Shown here piece after piece: positions 18,336 through 28,430 of a stretch of 64,000 nt of DNA. Where the stretch lies: the NCBI GenBank assembly GCA_031272885.1, contig JAISSX010000018.1, forward strand, positions 47,185 to 111,184. Reading direction: 5' to 3'. The notes under the pieces were generated by a model. That model was given only the letters and a program-made list of their open reading frames with translations. It was not told the origin of the DNA and made no database searches. Within the stretch, counting starts at the first letter, position 1, and each line of letters opens with the position of its first letter. A program made the translations under genes and the position numbers. This DNA comes from Bifidobacteriaceae bacterium (GTDB lineage: Bacteria > Actinomycetota > Actinomycetes > Actinomycetales > WQXJ01).

Positions 18336-18649
18336 CCCGGGGGTTACAGGGGCTGGTTCCGGGTACTGGGGGTTCCGGGTTACGGGTAACGGGTTACGGG
18401 TTACGGGTTACGGGTAGCGGGTAGCGGGTTACGGGTTACGGGTTACGGGTTACGGGTTACGGGTTACGGGTTACGGGTTACGGGTTACGGGGGTTACTGG
18501 GGACGGTTCCGTGTAACATGGGTGACGCCGTCACCCATGTTACTCGGTACCGTCCCCAGAAACCCCCGCTACCCGGAGCCGTCCCCCGCTACCCGGAGCC
18601 GTCCCCCGCTACACGGAACCGTCCCCAGTAACCCCCGGAACCAGCCGGG
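18336..18649. repeat. Giant imperfect palindrome built from G-rich (left arm) and C-rich (right arm) ~20-bp units plus a heptamer microsatellite; fills the rnd-like/dxs convergent gap
   Basis: The central hairpin at 18499-18557 is ggggacggttccgtgtaacatgggtgacg / ccgtcacccatgttactcggtaccgtcccc (2 mismatches in 29 bp). The right arm holds three or more units of ccgtcccccgctacccggag. The same family recurs at 53264-53551. Confidence 0.9.
18377..18488 (+). repeat. Heptanucleotide microsatellite (GGGTTAC)x16 (13 perfect units, 1 GGGTAAC, 2 GGGTAGC)
   Basis: Counted directly: 16 contiguous 7-bp units over 112 bp. The last nine (18426-18488) are perfect. Confidence 0.95.
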
Positions 18650-20584
18650 CTACGCGACCGGGTGGTCTACCAGCAGGGTGGACTTGACCCGTTCGGCAAT
18701 GGCTTTGGGGGTAAGCCCGGCGCGCTCCGCCAGCGCCTGGCGGGTGGCGTGCGGGAAAAACTCATCCGGCAGGCCGATCGTGATCACCGGCAGGCTGGAA
18801 CCGGCCTCGGCGATCTGCCGCACCAACGCCTCCCCCGCGCCGCCGCGCACGATGCCGTCCTCCACCGTCACCACCAGGTCGTGGCCGGCCGCCAGGCGCA
18901 CCAACGCCGGGTTGACCGGGAAGGCCCAGCGTGGGTCCACCACGGTGGCCTCGATGCCGCTGTCCTCAAGGAGGTGGGCGGCCGCCAGGGCGGTCAGGGC
19001 CTCGGCGCCGTAGCCCACCAACAACACGGCCGGCCCCGACCCGCCGGGTGACCGGGCGGCATCGGGCCTAAGCAGCACATCCAGGCCATCCACCCGCTCG
19101 ATAGCCGGCCGGTCCGAAGGCAGCGAGCCCTTGGGGTAGCGCAGCACGGTGGGGGCGTCATCGACCGCGATGGCCTCCGCCAGCAGTTCACGCAGGGTGG
19201 CGCCGTCACGCGGCGAAGCCAGCCTCAACCCCGGCACCAGGCCGAACAGGGCCATGTCCCATTGGCCGTTGTGGGAGGCGCCATCGGCCCCGGTCAAACC
19301 GGCCCTATCCAGCACAAACGTCACCCCGGCGTGGTGCAGGGCGGCGTCCATCAGCACCTGGTCGAAGGCCCGGTTGAGGAAACTGGCGTAAACCGCCACC
19401 ACGGGGTGGACGCCGGTGAAGGCCAAACCGGCCGCCATGGTGGCGGCGTGGGCCTCGGCGATGCCGACGTCGAAGACACGGTCCGGGAACTCGGCCGCGA
19501 AGGGCACCAAGCCAACCGGTTCCAGCATGGCGGCGGTGATGGCCACCAGGTGCGGGTTGGTGCGGCCCAGGCGGACCAGTTCGTCACCGAACACGGAGGT
19601 CCAGCCGAAGCGGGACGGCTCCAACGGCAGACCCGTCTCCGGGTGGATGCGGCCGACGGCGTGGAAGCGGTCCAGGCCGTGGCTTTCGGCCGGCACGTAG
19701 CCGCGGCCCTTTTCGGTGATGACGTGCACCAACACCGGGCCGGAATAGGCCTTGGCCTGGCGCAGGGCGCGTTCCACGGCGGCCTCATCGTGGCCATCCA
19801 CCGTACCGATGTACTTCAAGCCCAGGTCTTCGAACATGATCTGGGGCGCCACCACGTCCTTGATGCCCTTCTTCAGGCCGTGCAGGGCGCCGTAGACCAG
19901 GCGGCCCAGGCGGCCATGGGCTTGCAGGGTGCGTTTGCCCCAGGTCAGGATCTTCTCGTAGTGCGGCGTGGTGCGCAGGCCGTTCAGGTGCGCCGCCAGG
20001 CCGCCGATGGTGGGCGCGTAGGACCGGCCGTTGTCGTTCACCACGATGACCAGGCGGCCCTGGTGTTCGGCCGCGATGTGGTTCAGGGCCTCCCAGCTCA
20101 TGCCGCCGGTCAACGCGCCATCGCCCACCACCACCACGGTGTAGCGCTCCGGCTGGCCGGTCAACCGCCGGCCCGCCGTTATACCAGCCGCCCAGGACAA
20201 ACCCGCCGAGGCGTGCGTGTTCTCCACCACGTCATGGGCCGATTCGGCCCGGCTGGGGTAGCCCGACAGGCCGCCCTCTTCACGCAGGTGGGAGAAGTCC
20301 TGGCGGCCGGTCAGCAACTTGTGGACATAGGCCTGGTGGCCGGTGTCGAAGACGATGGTGTCCTGCGGCGAATCGAAGACGCGGTGCAGGGCGATGGTCA
20401 ACTCCACCACGCCCAGGTTGGGGCCCAGGTGGCCGCCGGTCTTGGAGACGGCGTCCACCAGAAACGCCCGGATGTCCGCCGCCAACGGTTCAAGCTGGTC
20501 GGCCGGCAGGCGCTTCAGATCACGCAGGCCACGCACCTGGGCCAGGGTGGCCCCGGGCTTTGCCTCAGGGGGCTTAGTTGTCAC
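18650..20584 (-). CDS. dxs: 1-deoxy-D-xylulose-5-phosphate synthase
   Basis: [45 protein letters not shown], the TPP motif [15 protein letters not shown], 644 aa. Confidence 0.96.
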   Translation of the reverse strand: MTTKPPEAKPGATLAQVRGLRDLKRLPADQLEPLAADIRAFLVDAVSKTGGHLGPNLGVVELTIALHRVFDSPQDTIVFDTGHQAYVHKLLTGRQDFSHLREEGGLSGYPSRAESAHDVVENTHASAGLSWAAGITAGRRLTGQPERYTVVVVGDGALTGGMSWEALNHIAAEHQGRLVIVVNDNGRSYAPTIGGLAAHLNGLRTTPHYEKILTWGKRTLQAHGRLGRLVYGALHGLKKGIKDVVAPQIMFEDLGLKYIGTVDGHDEAAVERALRQAKAYSGPVLVHVITEKGRGYVPAESHGLDRFHAVGRIHPETGLPLEPSRFGWTSVFGDELVRLGRTNPHLVAITAAMLEPVGLVPFAAEFPDRVFDVGIAEAHAATMAAGLAFTGVHPVVAVYASFLNRAFDQVLMDAALHHAGVTFVLDRAGLTGADGASHNGQWDMALFGLVPGLRLASPRDGATLRELLAEAIAVDDAPTVLRYPKGSLPSDRPAIERVDGLDVLLRPDAARSPGGSGPAVLLVGYGAEALTALAAAHLLEDSGIEATVVDPRWAFPVNPALVRLAAGHDLVVTVEDGIVRGGAGEALVRQIAEAGSSLPVITIGLPDEFFPHATRQALAERAGLTPKAIAERVKSTLLVDHPVA

Positions 20585-20602
20585 ACTGCTACCTTATGCG
20601 TC

Positions 20603-23284
<2,682 letters not shown>

Positions 23285-23346
23285 GGCTGGTTCCCTTCTG
23301 GGCTCCCCTTGCACCGCTCCCGGCTTTGGGGCGCTCGACAGATTAT

Positions 23347-23358
23347 CTTGACGTCAAG
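23347..23358. promoter_or_regulatory. Perfect 12-bp palindrome CTTGACGTCAAG in the AT-rich region upstream of acn (candidate operator)
   Basis: Read directly. It lies about 65-75 nt upstream of the acn ATG, in the most AT-rich stretch of the window (23335-23400). Confidence 0.3.
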
Positions 23359-23431
23359 GTAATACTATCCTTGGTTGAACCATTATCCATCCATGACCCA
23401 CCGCTGGGTTGCCCAAAAGGCCCGCTTGCCG

Positions 23432-23492
23432 TCCCGCCCTCCCCTTCGCCCCCTCGCCTCGCCCTCTGCCTCACGAAAGGTCACCTTTCGTG
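23432..23492. repeat. C-rich tract plus perfect hairpin CACGAAAGG-TCA-CCTTTCGTG (solo copy of the CACGAAAGGTCA repeat family)
   Basis: cccgccctccccttcgccccctcgcctcgccctctgcctcacgaaaggtcacctttcgtg. The same C-rich+CTCACGAAAGGTCAC module occurs at 52188-52218. Confidence 0.8.
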
Positions 23493-23521
23493 TGGAGAGC
23501 ACTCGGCGGTAGGCTCTGGGC

Positions 23522-24331
23522 ATGACGTATGCCCCCCCGCCTGGCCCTGTTCCCCCGGGCGTTGCCGCCCAGCCCGCCGCTACGCCGGCCAAGCCGGCCG
23601 GACGCATGCTTGCCATCGGCATTGTGCTGCTGGTGCTGAGCTTCGTGGGCGGCATCGGCCTATTTGTCGGTGGGACGGCGGTCATCATGCGGCCGCTCGT
23701 CAACTCCGACCTGGTGGCCGCGGACGGCTCCGAGTACGCCACCCTTGAGGCTGATACAGACTATGGCATCTTCGTGCCGTCTTCCGACACCCGGGGCGGG
23801 TCGTTCACCGTCACCTGTTTCGTCTACAGCCCCAGCGGCGACGTGATCATAACGGACGGCACGATGGTTGGTAACACCGTCCAGTGGAGCGATGAAGAGT
23901 TCGGCCTGGGCCTGACCTTCACCAGCGAAGAGGCCGGCCGCTACACCTTCGAATGCGCGGATTGGACCGCCTCGCAGGACATCTACCAGACGGACCGGGA
24001 CATCTTGGTCGCCAAGATTCCGGCCTGGCGCCTGGGCCTGGTCCTGATGATCGTGGGGGCCCTGATCGGCACCATCTTCTTCATTGTCGGCCTGATACTG
24101 CTGATCGTCGCTCTGGTTAAACGGTCTCGCGCCCGCCGCGCGGCTATGCCTCCGGCGTTCTACTACCCGGGTTATGCCGGATCTCCCGGATATCCCGCCG
24201 CATACCCTGGCGCGCCGCCTGGCTACCCGGCCAGCCCGGCGCCGGGCACCTACTACCCTGGCGCGCCGCCTAGCGGACCCACCTATCCCGGCTCTCCCGG
24301 CGGCACCCCGCCACCACCCGCTGCGAATTAG
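23522..24331 (+). CDS. Membrane protein with Pro-rich N-terminus, extracytoplasmic ~130-aa domain and Pro/Tyr/Gly-rich cytoplasmic tail (function unknown)
   Basis: ATG start. Hydrophobic segments AIGIVLLVLSFVGGIGLFVGG and WRLGLVLMIVGALIGTIFFIVGLILLIVALV. The tail contains repeated YPG/PGYP motifs. Confidence 0.7.
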   Translation: MTYAPPPGPVPPGVAAQPAATPAKPAGRMLAIGIVLLVLSFVGGIGLFVGGTAVIMRPLVNSDLVAADGSEYATLEADTDYGIFVPSSDTRGGSFTVTCFVYSPSGDVIITDGTMVGNTVQWSDEEFGLGLTFTSEEAGRYTFECADWTASQDIYQTDRDILVAKIPAWRLGLVLMIVGALIGTIFFIVGLILLIVALVKRSRARRAAMPPAFYYPGYAGSPGYPAAYPGAPPGYPASPAPGTYYPGAPPSGPTYPGSPGGTPPPPAAN

Positions 24332-24340
24332 GGTCTGATG

Positions 24341-24655
24341 TCAGGCGGAGGCCTTCAGGTCGGCCCGCAGGGCATCGATGGGTGAAGCATCCAGGTTAAG
24401 CCGCATCCCGATGGCGCGAGCGTATTCCTGCAGCGTCTGAACAGTGGGGTTGCCGCCCGTGCGTTCGAGCCGCGACACGGCTGACTGGGTGGTGCCCATG
24501 GTCCTGGCCACATCGCACTGGGTGATCCCCAGAGCCTTGCGGCGGGCCACGAGTTTCAGGATCAGATTCCCCAGGTTGTCGAAGTCCTCCCTGGCTGCAG
24601 TGATTCGAGGGTCGCCCGGGTCATAGCCCGCCAGGGAAGCAAAGGTGAAACTCAT
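24341..24655 (-). CDS. XRE-family HTH antitoxin (HigA-like)
   Basis: RKALGITQCDVARTMGTTQSAVSRLERTGGNPTVQTLQEYARAIG is a Cro/C1-type HTH. There is a 4-bp ATGA overlap with the upstream toxin gene. Confidence 0.8.
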   Translation of the reverse strand: MSFTFASLAGYDPGDPRITAAREDFDNLGNLILKLVARRKALGITQCDVARTMGTTQSAVSRLERTGGNPTVQTLQEYARAIGMRLNLDASPIDALRADLKASA

Positions 24656-25065
24656 CGGATTCCTCCATCGTCCCGGTCAGTATCACATATAAGAGATAGC
24701 CGAGGCAAGGCGGACACAATCTCGCGGTGAACCTTTAGCCTCGCTACGGCCGTCTCGAACACGGACGGCGGCAGCTTCCCAGACTTCTTCGGCGTGAACA
24801 GCAGCGCCAGCAGCACCGGCCTGGTTCCGGCCTCCTCGACATACAGCAGCCTGAACAACCGGTCCCGAGTCTTGAGCCTCGCCTCCAACAGCGGATACCC
24901 CTGGATGTGGGCAACATCCGCCGCGGTGGCCTCACCCCATGCGATGCGATCCTTCAGTGAATCAAGGCCGGCGGCTTCCCGCGGGGTCAGCTTGGCCCGC
25001 TCGACATCGCGTTCAACTGGCGAGACAGCCCCGTGCCCTCGCACCAACTGCCATCGTTTCACCAA
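24652..25065 (-). CDS. RelE/ParE-superfamily toxin, Gp49/HigB-like
   Basis: HIQGYPLLEARLKTRDRLFRLLYVEE...VLLALLFTPKKSGKLPPSVFETAVARLK matches the Gp49/HigB pattern (ELR...R.LY...L.aF.KK....P..e...A..R). The toxin-upstream-of-XRE-antitoxin order is typical of higBA. Confidence 0.7.
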   Translation of the reverse strand: MVKRWQLVRGHGAVSPVERDVERAKLTPREAAGLDSLKDRIAWGEATAADVAHIQGYPLLEARLKTRDRLFRLLYVEEAGTRPVLLALLFTPKKSGKLPPSVFETAVARLKVHREIVSALPRLSLICDTDRDDGGIR

Positions 25066-25179
25066 CTCAGGCTAGGGAACCTCAGGCCACCCACCAACCC
25101 CTCCTCTCCCCCAGCCAAATCCCCTGTTCAACGGCCTCAGTCCGATGGCGCCCGGCTACGGTCGCCGTGGCGTCTACGG

Positions 25180-26226
25180 TTAGAGGCCATAGCCATATGG
25201 GTCGGGGTCCTGATGCAGAATGACAGTTAGGTTGTCGGGATCGGACAGGTCGACTATGGCACTCCGGACCCAAGCGTGGCCGCAGTATTCGCCGGCCGAA
25301 TCCGTGCAGGTGGCCCCAACGCCCCCGGGCAGGTTGGAAGCCCAAACCCTTGTTGTCCCCAATGCTGGCTTGAACTCCCATTGGCTCGGGTCACCTTCAG
25401 TGACGGCCCAACTGCCGTCGCCTTCCCTAGACACCCTGAAGCCGCACTTAGCCAGAGCATCAGATCCCAGTTCAAGACATTCCTCCACCTTGTCCTCGGC
25501 CGCCGCGACCGCGGCAGCCTGGGCGGCTTCGGTCACGATAATGGACGGTTGTTGGCTGGCGTCATCCTGGACCATTATTTTGGTGCCATAGGCATAAATC
25601 ACTCCCGGCCCAGTGCGGCCAAACACGATGTAGGGGCTATCCCCGGTGTCATAGGCCACCAGGGGATTGCCGGTGTCGAACTGGTAGCCGCCGGGGAAGG
25701 CCCACACGCTAACCTCGCCGGCCAGGTCACCCACTCCGTTGACGGTCACGGTGGGATAGCCAGAAACGATCGGCGGCAAGTAGATCCCGCCCAAACTATG
25801 TATCGGCCAGATCAACCACTGGCCGAAGCGCCATTCCAGTCCGATGTTTGCCTCGACCGGCTGCCCGCCCACCGTGTAGGTGACCGTGCCGAAGGTGCGG
25901 TCCATGGAGGCGTAGTTGTCATAGTCCGGTATTTCCACGTCCGAAACGGGCGCCAGGCGTTGCGCCTCCTGTAACACGGCATCCGTCAACAGACCCCTCG
26001 CGTCAGGGCCTAAGGGCTCAAGACAACCAAGGGCGGCCGCGGCATCGCCGGCTTGAATGGCCTCGAAGTAGCGGGCCACCACCTCTTCGGGGGTGGCGCC
26101 ATCGTGCTCAGGCGGCGCGTCGTCCGATGTCGAGCTGCAGGCGGCGGCGCCCGCGGTAATCGAAGCAACCAAGACGAACGCGCCCGCGGCGGTGGCCAGG
26201 CGCTTGGCTAGGGACTGATCATTCAT
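25180..26226 (-). CDS. Secreted lipoprotein, paralog A (NTF2-like/DUF4878-like N-terminal domain, Cys-containing C-terminal domain)
   Basis: Signal peptide with lipobox MNDQSLAKRLATAAGAFVLVASITAGAAAC. PEEVVARYFEAIQAGDAAAA is typical of DUF4878-like lipoproteins. The ATG at 26226 is conserved in the paralog; the longest ORF starts at a TTG at 26271. Confidence 0.75.
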   Translation of the reverse strand: MNDQSLAKRLATAAGAFVLVASITAGAAACSSTSDDAPPEHDGATPEEVVARYFEAIQAGDAAAALGCLEPLGPDARGLLTDAVLQEAQRLAPVSDVEIPDYDNYASMDRTFGTVTYTVGGQPVEANIGLEWRFGQWLIWPIHSLGGIYLPPIVSGYPTVTVNGVGDLAGEVSVWAFPGGYQFDTGNPLVAYDTGDSPYIVFGRTGPGVIYAYGTKIMVQDDASQQPSIIVTEAAQAAAVAAAEDKVEECLELGSDALAKCGFRVSREGDGSWAVTEGDPSQWEFKPALGTTRVWASNLPGGVGATCTDSAGEYCGHAWVRSAIVDLSDPDNLTVILHQDPDPYGYGL

Positions 26227-26311
26227 AAACCGGAGGCTATCTGCCTTCGGATCGCCGCGCGATGGGGACAACTCCCCACCGAGCGGGCGACGATCGCCGT
26301 GGCGCCTGGGG

Positions 26312-27343
26312 TTAGAAGCCCTGCAGTTGGGAGTAGGTACCCAGAATGACGGTGAGGTTGTCGGGATCGGACAGGGCGATCGTCGCTATCATGACCGAAG
26401 CCTTGCCGCAGTATTCGCCCGCCGCATCCGTGCAGGTGACCATAATGCCGGTCGGGTTGGAAGCCCAAATCCCTAGCACCGACGCTGCCTGAATCTCCCA
26501 TTGGCTCGGGTCACCTTCGGTAATAGCCCAAGTGCCGTCGCCTTCCATGGTCAGGTGAAAGCCGCAGCTAGCCAGGGCATCAGATCCCAGTTCAACACAT
26601 TCCTCCACCTTGTCCTCGACCGCCGCGGCCACGGCAGCCTGGCCGGCTTCGGTCACGATAATGGACGGTTGTTGGCTGGCCTCAACCGGCCCCATCAAGG
26701 CGCCTCCGGCATCAACCAATCCCAGTACAGATCCGGCAAACACAACGTAGGGGCCATCTGCGGTGTTATAGGCCACCAGGGGGTTGCCGGTGTCGAACTG
26801 GTAGCCGCCGGGGAAAGTCGGCACGGTCTCCTTGCCGGCCAGGTCACCCACTCCGTTAACTTCGGCGGCGGGAGAGCCCTGAACGATATTCCCCAAGTCG
26901 ACCTGGTTCAAGGCTGACTCCGGGTAGATCAGCCACTGGTTAGATTGCCATTGCAGTGCAATCCACGCGTTGACCCGCTGCCCGCCCACCGTGTAGGTGA
27001 CGGTGCCGTTGGTGGCGTTCCAGGTGGCGTAGTTGGGATAGTCATCGGCTACTTCCACGTCCGAAACGGGCGCCAGGCGCTGCGCCTCCTGCAACACGGC
27101 ATCCGTCAACAGAGTCTCGTCAAGGCTGGTGGGCGCGAGGCAGCCAAGGGCAGCCGCGGCATCACCGGCTTGAATGGCCTCGAAGTAGCGGGCCACCACC
27201 TCTTCGGGAGTGGCGCCATCGTGCTCAGGCGGCGCGTCGTCCGATGTCGAACTGCAGGCGATGGCGCCTGCGGTAGTCGAAGCAACCAAGACGAACGCGC
27301 CCACAGCGGTGGCCAGGCGCTTGGCTAGAGACTGATCATTCAT
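26312..27343 (-). CDS. Secreted lipoprotein, paralog B (tandem duplicate of 25180-26226)
   Basis: The N-terminal ~70 aa are nearly identical to paralog A, including the lipobox (TAGAIAC). The remainder alternates identical and divergent blocks. Confidence 0.75.
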   Translation of the reverse strand: MNDQSLAKRLATAVGAFVLVASTTAGAIACSSTSDDAPPEHDGATPEEVVARYFEAIQAGDAAAALGCLAPTSLDETLLTDAVLQEAQRLAPVSDVEVADDYPNYATWNATNGTVTYTVGGQRVNAWIALQWQSNQWLIYPESALNQVDLGNIVQGSPAAEVNGVGDLAGKETVPTFPGGYQFDTGNPLVAYNTADGPYVVFAGSVLGLVDAGGALMGPVEASQQPSIIVTEAGQAAVAAAVEDKVEECVELGSDALASCGFHLTMEGDGTWAITEGDPSQWEIQAASVLGIWASNPTGIMVTCTDAAGEYCGKASVMIATIALSDPDNLTVILGTYSQLQGF

Positions 27344-27417
27344 AAACCGGAGGCTATCTGCCTCCAGATCGTCGTGCGATGGGGACAACTCCCCACCGAG
27401 CCGCCATCAGCCTCGGC

Positions 27418-27627
27418 TCAATCCTGCGTCAGCCGGGCGACCTCTTCGAGGGGGGTGTCGAAAACGGCGGCAACGTCCTCCAGTGCGAGGCCCTGAGCCA
27501 CCGCCCGGCGAATGCTGTCCTCCGAGCCTGTTCGGCGCGGGCAGGTCCGACACCTGTGACACACTCCCCGTATGGGATTCTTCGCCAACCAGATGGGTAA
27601 CAACTCTCCGGCGGCCGGGCACAGCAA
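27418..27627 (-). CDS. Possible small Cys-rich/HTH protein (weak call; TTG start assumed)
   Basis: The C-terminal SEDSIRRAVAQGLALEDVAAVFDTPLEEVARLTQD looks like an HTH, preceded by CHRCRTC. Only moderate GC3, a rare TTA codon and no ATG/GTG start. The longer 194-aa ORF overlaps the opposite-strand HicB-like gene. Confidence 0.3.
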   Translation of the reverse strand: MLCPAAGELLPIWLAKNPIRGVCHRCRTCPRRTGSEDSIRRAVAQGLALEDVAAVFDTPLEEVARLTQD

Positions 27628-27699
27628 CTGGGTAGCGACCGGCGCCCCACCTGGTGGACTGACCGGCAGACAGATCATCAAGGACCTGGAGGAGTTGAG

Positions 27700-28074
27700 G
27701 TGAACATCACAGCCGTAGCAACCTGGACCGAGGGCTGGTGGGCCATCGAGATTCCAGAGGTGCCCCACGTCTATTCGCAAGCCCGCACCCTCGACCGCGT
27801 GGCCGGCATGGCCCTGGATGCCGTCTCGCTGCACACCGGCCGGCCACAGGCAGACTTCGCCGTGAGAGTGGATCCACGCCTGAGCCCGGAAGAGGAAGCC
27901 GCCATGGCTCGGGCAACAGCCGCCAAACAGGCTGCGTCGGAGACGGCGCGGGCCGCCTCGGTCGCCAACCGGGCCGCCGCCGACACTCTGCACGCCAAGC
28001 ACTCCACCCGGGACGTGGCCTACTTAATGGGGATCACCACTCAGCGCGTATCCCGGCTGCTAAGCCCCGTGTGA
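27700..28074 (+). CDS. HicB-like antitoxin-fold protein with C-terminal HTH
   Basis: GGAGGAG ribosome-binding site, then GTG. N-terminus TAVATWTEGWWAIEIPEVPHVYSQARTLDRVAGMALDAV resembles the HicB N-terminal domain. C-terminus STRDVAYLMGITTQRVSRLL is an HTH. Confidence 0.6.
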   Translation: MNITAVATWTEGWWAIEIPEVPHVYSQARTLDRVAGMALDAVSLHTGRPQADFAVRVDPRLSPEEEAAMARATAAKQAASETARAASVANRAAADTLHAKHSTRDVAYLMGITTQRVSRLLSPV

Positions 28075-28215
28075 CAACGGGCCGAACCTGTCCCATCGCA
28101 CGGGACCAGGAAAGCCAACCAGCAGCGATCCGGCTTCTAGGCCGGGGCGCCATCGGGCAGGTGTGTTTTGCTCACGTGGGGAAAAGACTGCCCGCCCAAC
28201 CAGGGGGCTACTGTG

Positions 28216-28289
28216 TGGGCCAGGTGGGGCTTGAACCCACGACCGGCGGATTATGAGTCCGCTGCTCTGACCGGCTGAGCTACTGGCCC
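28216..28289 (-). tRNA. tRNA-Met (anticodon CAU; elongator type, or possibly tRNA-Ile2 if lysidine-modified)
   Basis: The minus strand GGGCCAGTAGCTCAGCCGGTCAGAGCAGCGGACTCATAATCCGCCGGTCGTGGGTTCAAGCCCCACCTGGCCCA folds as a cloverleaf. The 1-72 pair is G1-C72 and the anticodon stem lacks the 3xGC run, so it is not an initiator. CCA is not encoded. Confidence 0.9.
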
Positions 28290-28319
28290 CGGGTCTGGGG
28301 GCCGGTGGGCCCTCTAGGG

Positions 28320-28392
28320 CTCCCGCCACTGGACTCGAACCAGTAACCCTCTGATTAACAGTCAGATGCTCTGCCGATTGAGCTAGGCGGGA
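28320..28392 (-). tRNA. tRNA-Asn (anticodon GUU)
   Basis: The minus strand TCCCGCCTAGCTCAATCGGCAGAGCATCTGACTGTTAATCAGAGGGTTACTGGTTCGAGTCCAGTGGCGGGAG folds as a cloverleaf, with anticodon loop CTGTTAA. Confidence 0.92.
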
Positions 28393-28421
28393 ATGACAAC
28401 CGGGGCTGCCAAGTCAGCAAG

Positions 28422-28430
28422 ATTATCACA
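28422..28430 (-). promoter_or_regulatory. Candidate extended -10 promoter (TGTGATAAT) for the tRNA-Asn/tRNA-Met pair
   Basis: The minus strand reads TGTGATAAT, 29 nt upstream of tRNA-Asn position 1. No good -35 is present, which is consistent with an extended -10 promoter. Confidence 0.4.

Noticed and set aside
18336-18649. Possible CRISPR array (regular short repeats; also the array at 53264-53551)
   Set aside because: The units are contiguous, with no unique spacers between them. The two arms are reverse complements of each other, forming a palindrome. Unit lengths of 7 bp and 20-21 bp are atypical, and no cas genes or leader are nearby.
23315-28215. Intact prophage or integrative element at tRNA-Met
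   Set aside because: No integrase, recombinase, or structural or transfer genes are present. I could find no direct repeat of the tRNA 3' end by eye. Only toxin-antitoxin modules and lipoproteins are present, so I report it only as a possible decayed islet.
28216-28289. Initiator tRNA-fMet
   Set aside because: The 1-72 pair is a normal G-C rather than the C-A mismatch. The anticodon stem (GCGGA/TCCGC) lacks the three consecutive G-C pairs characteristic of bacterial initiators.
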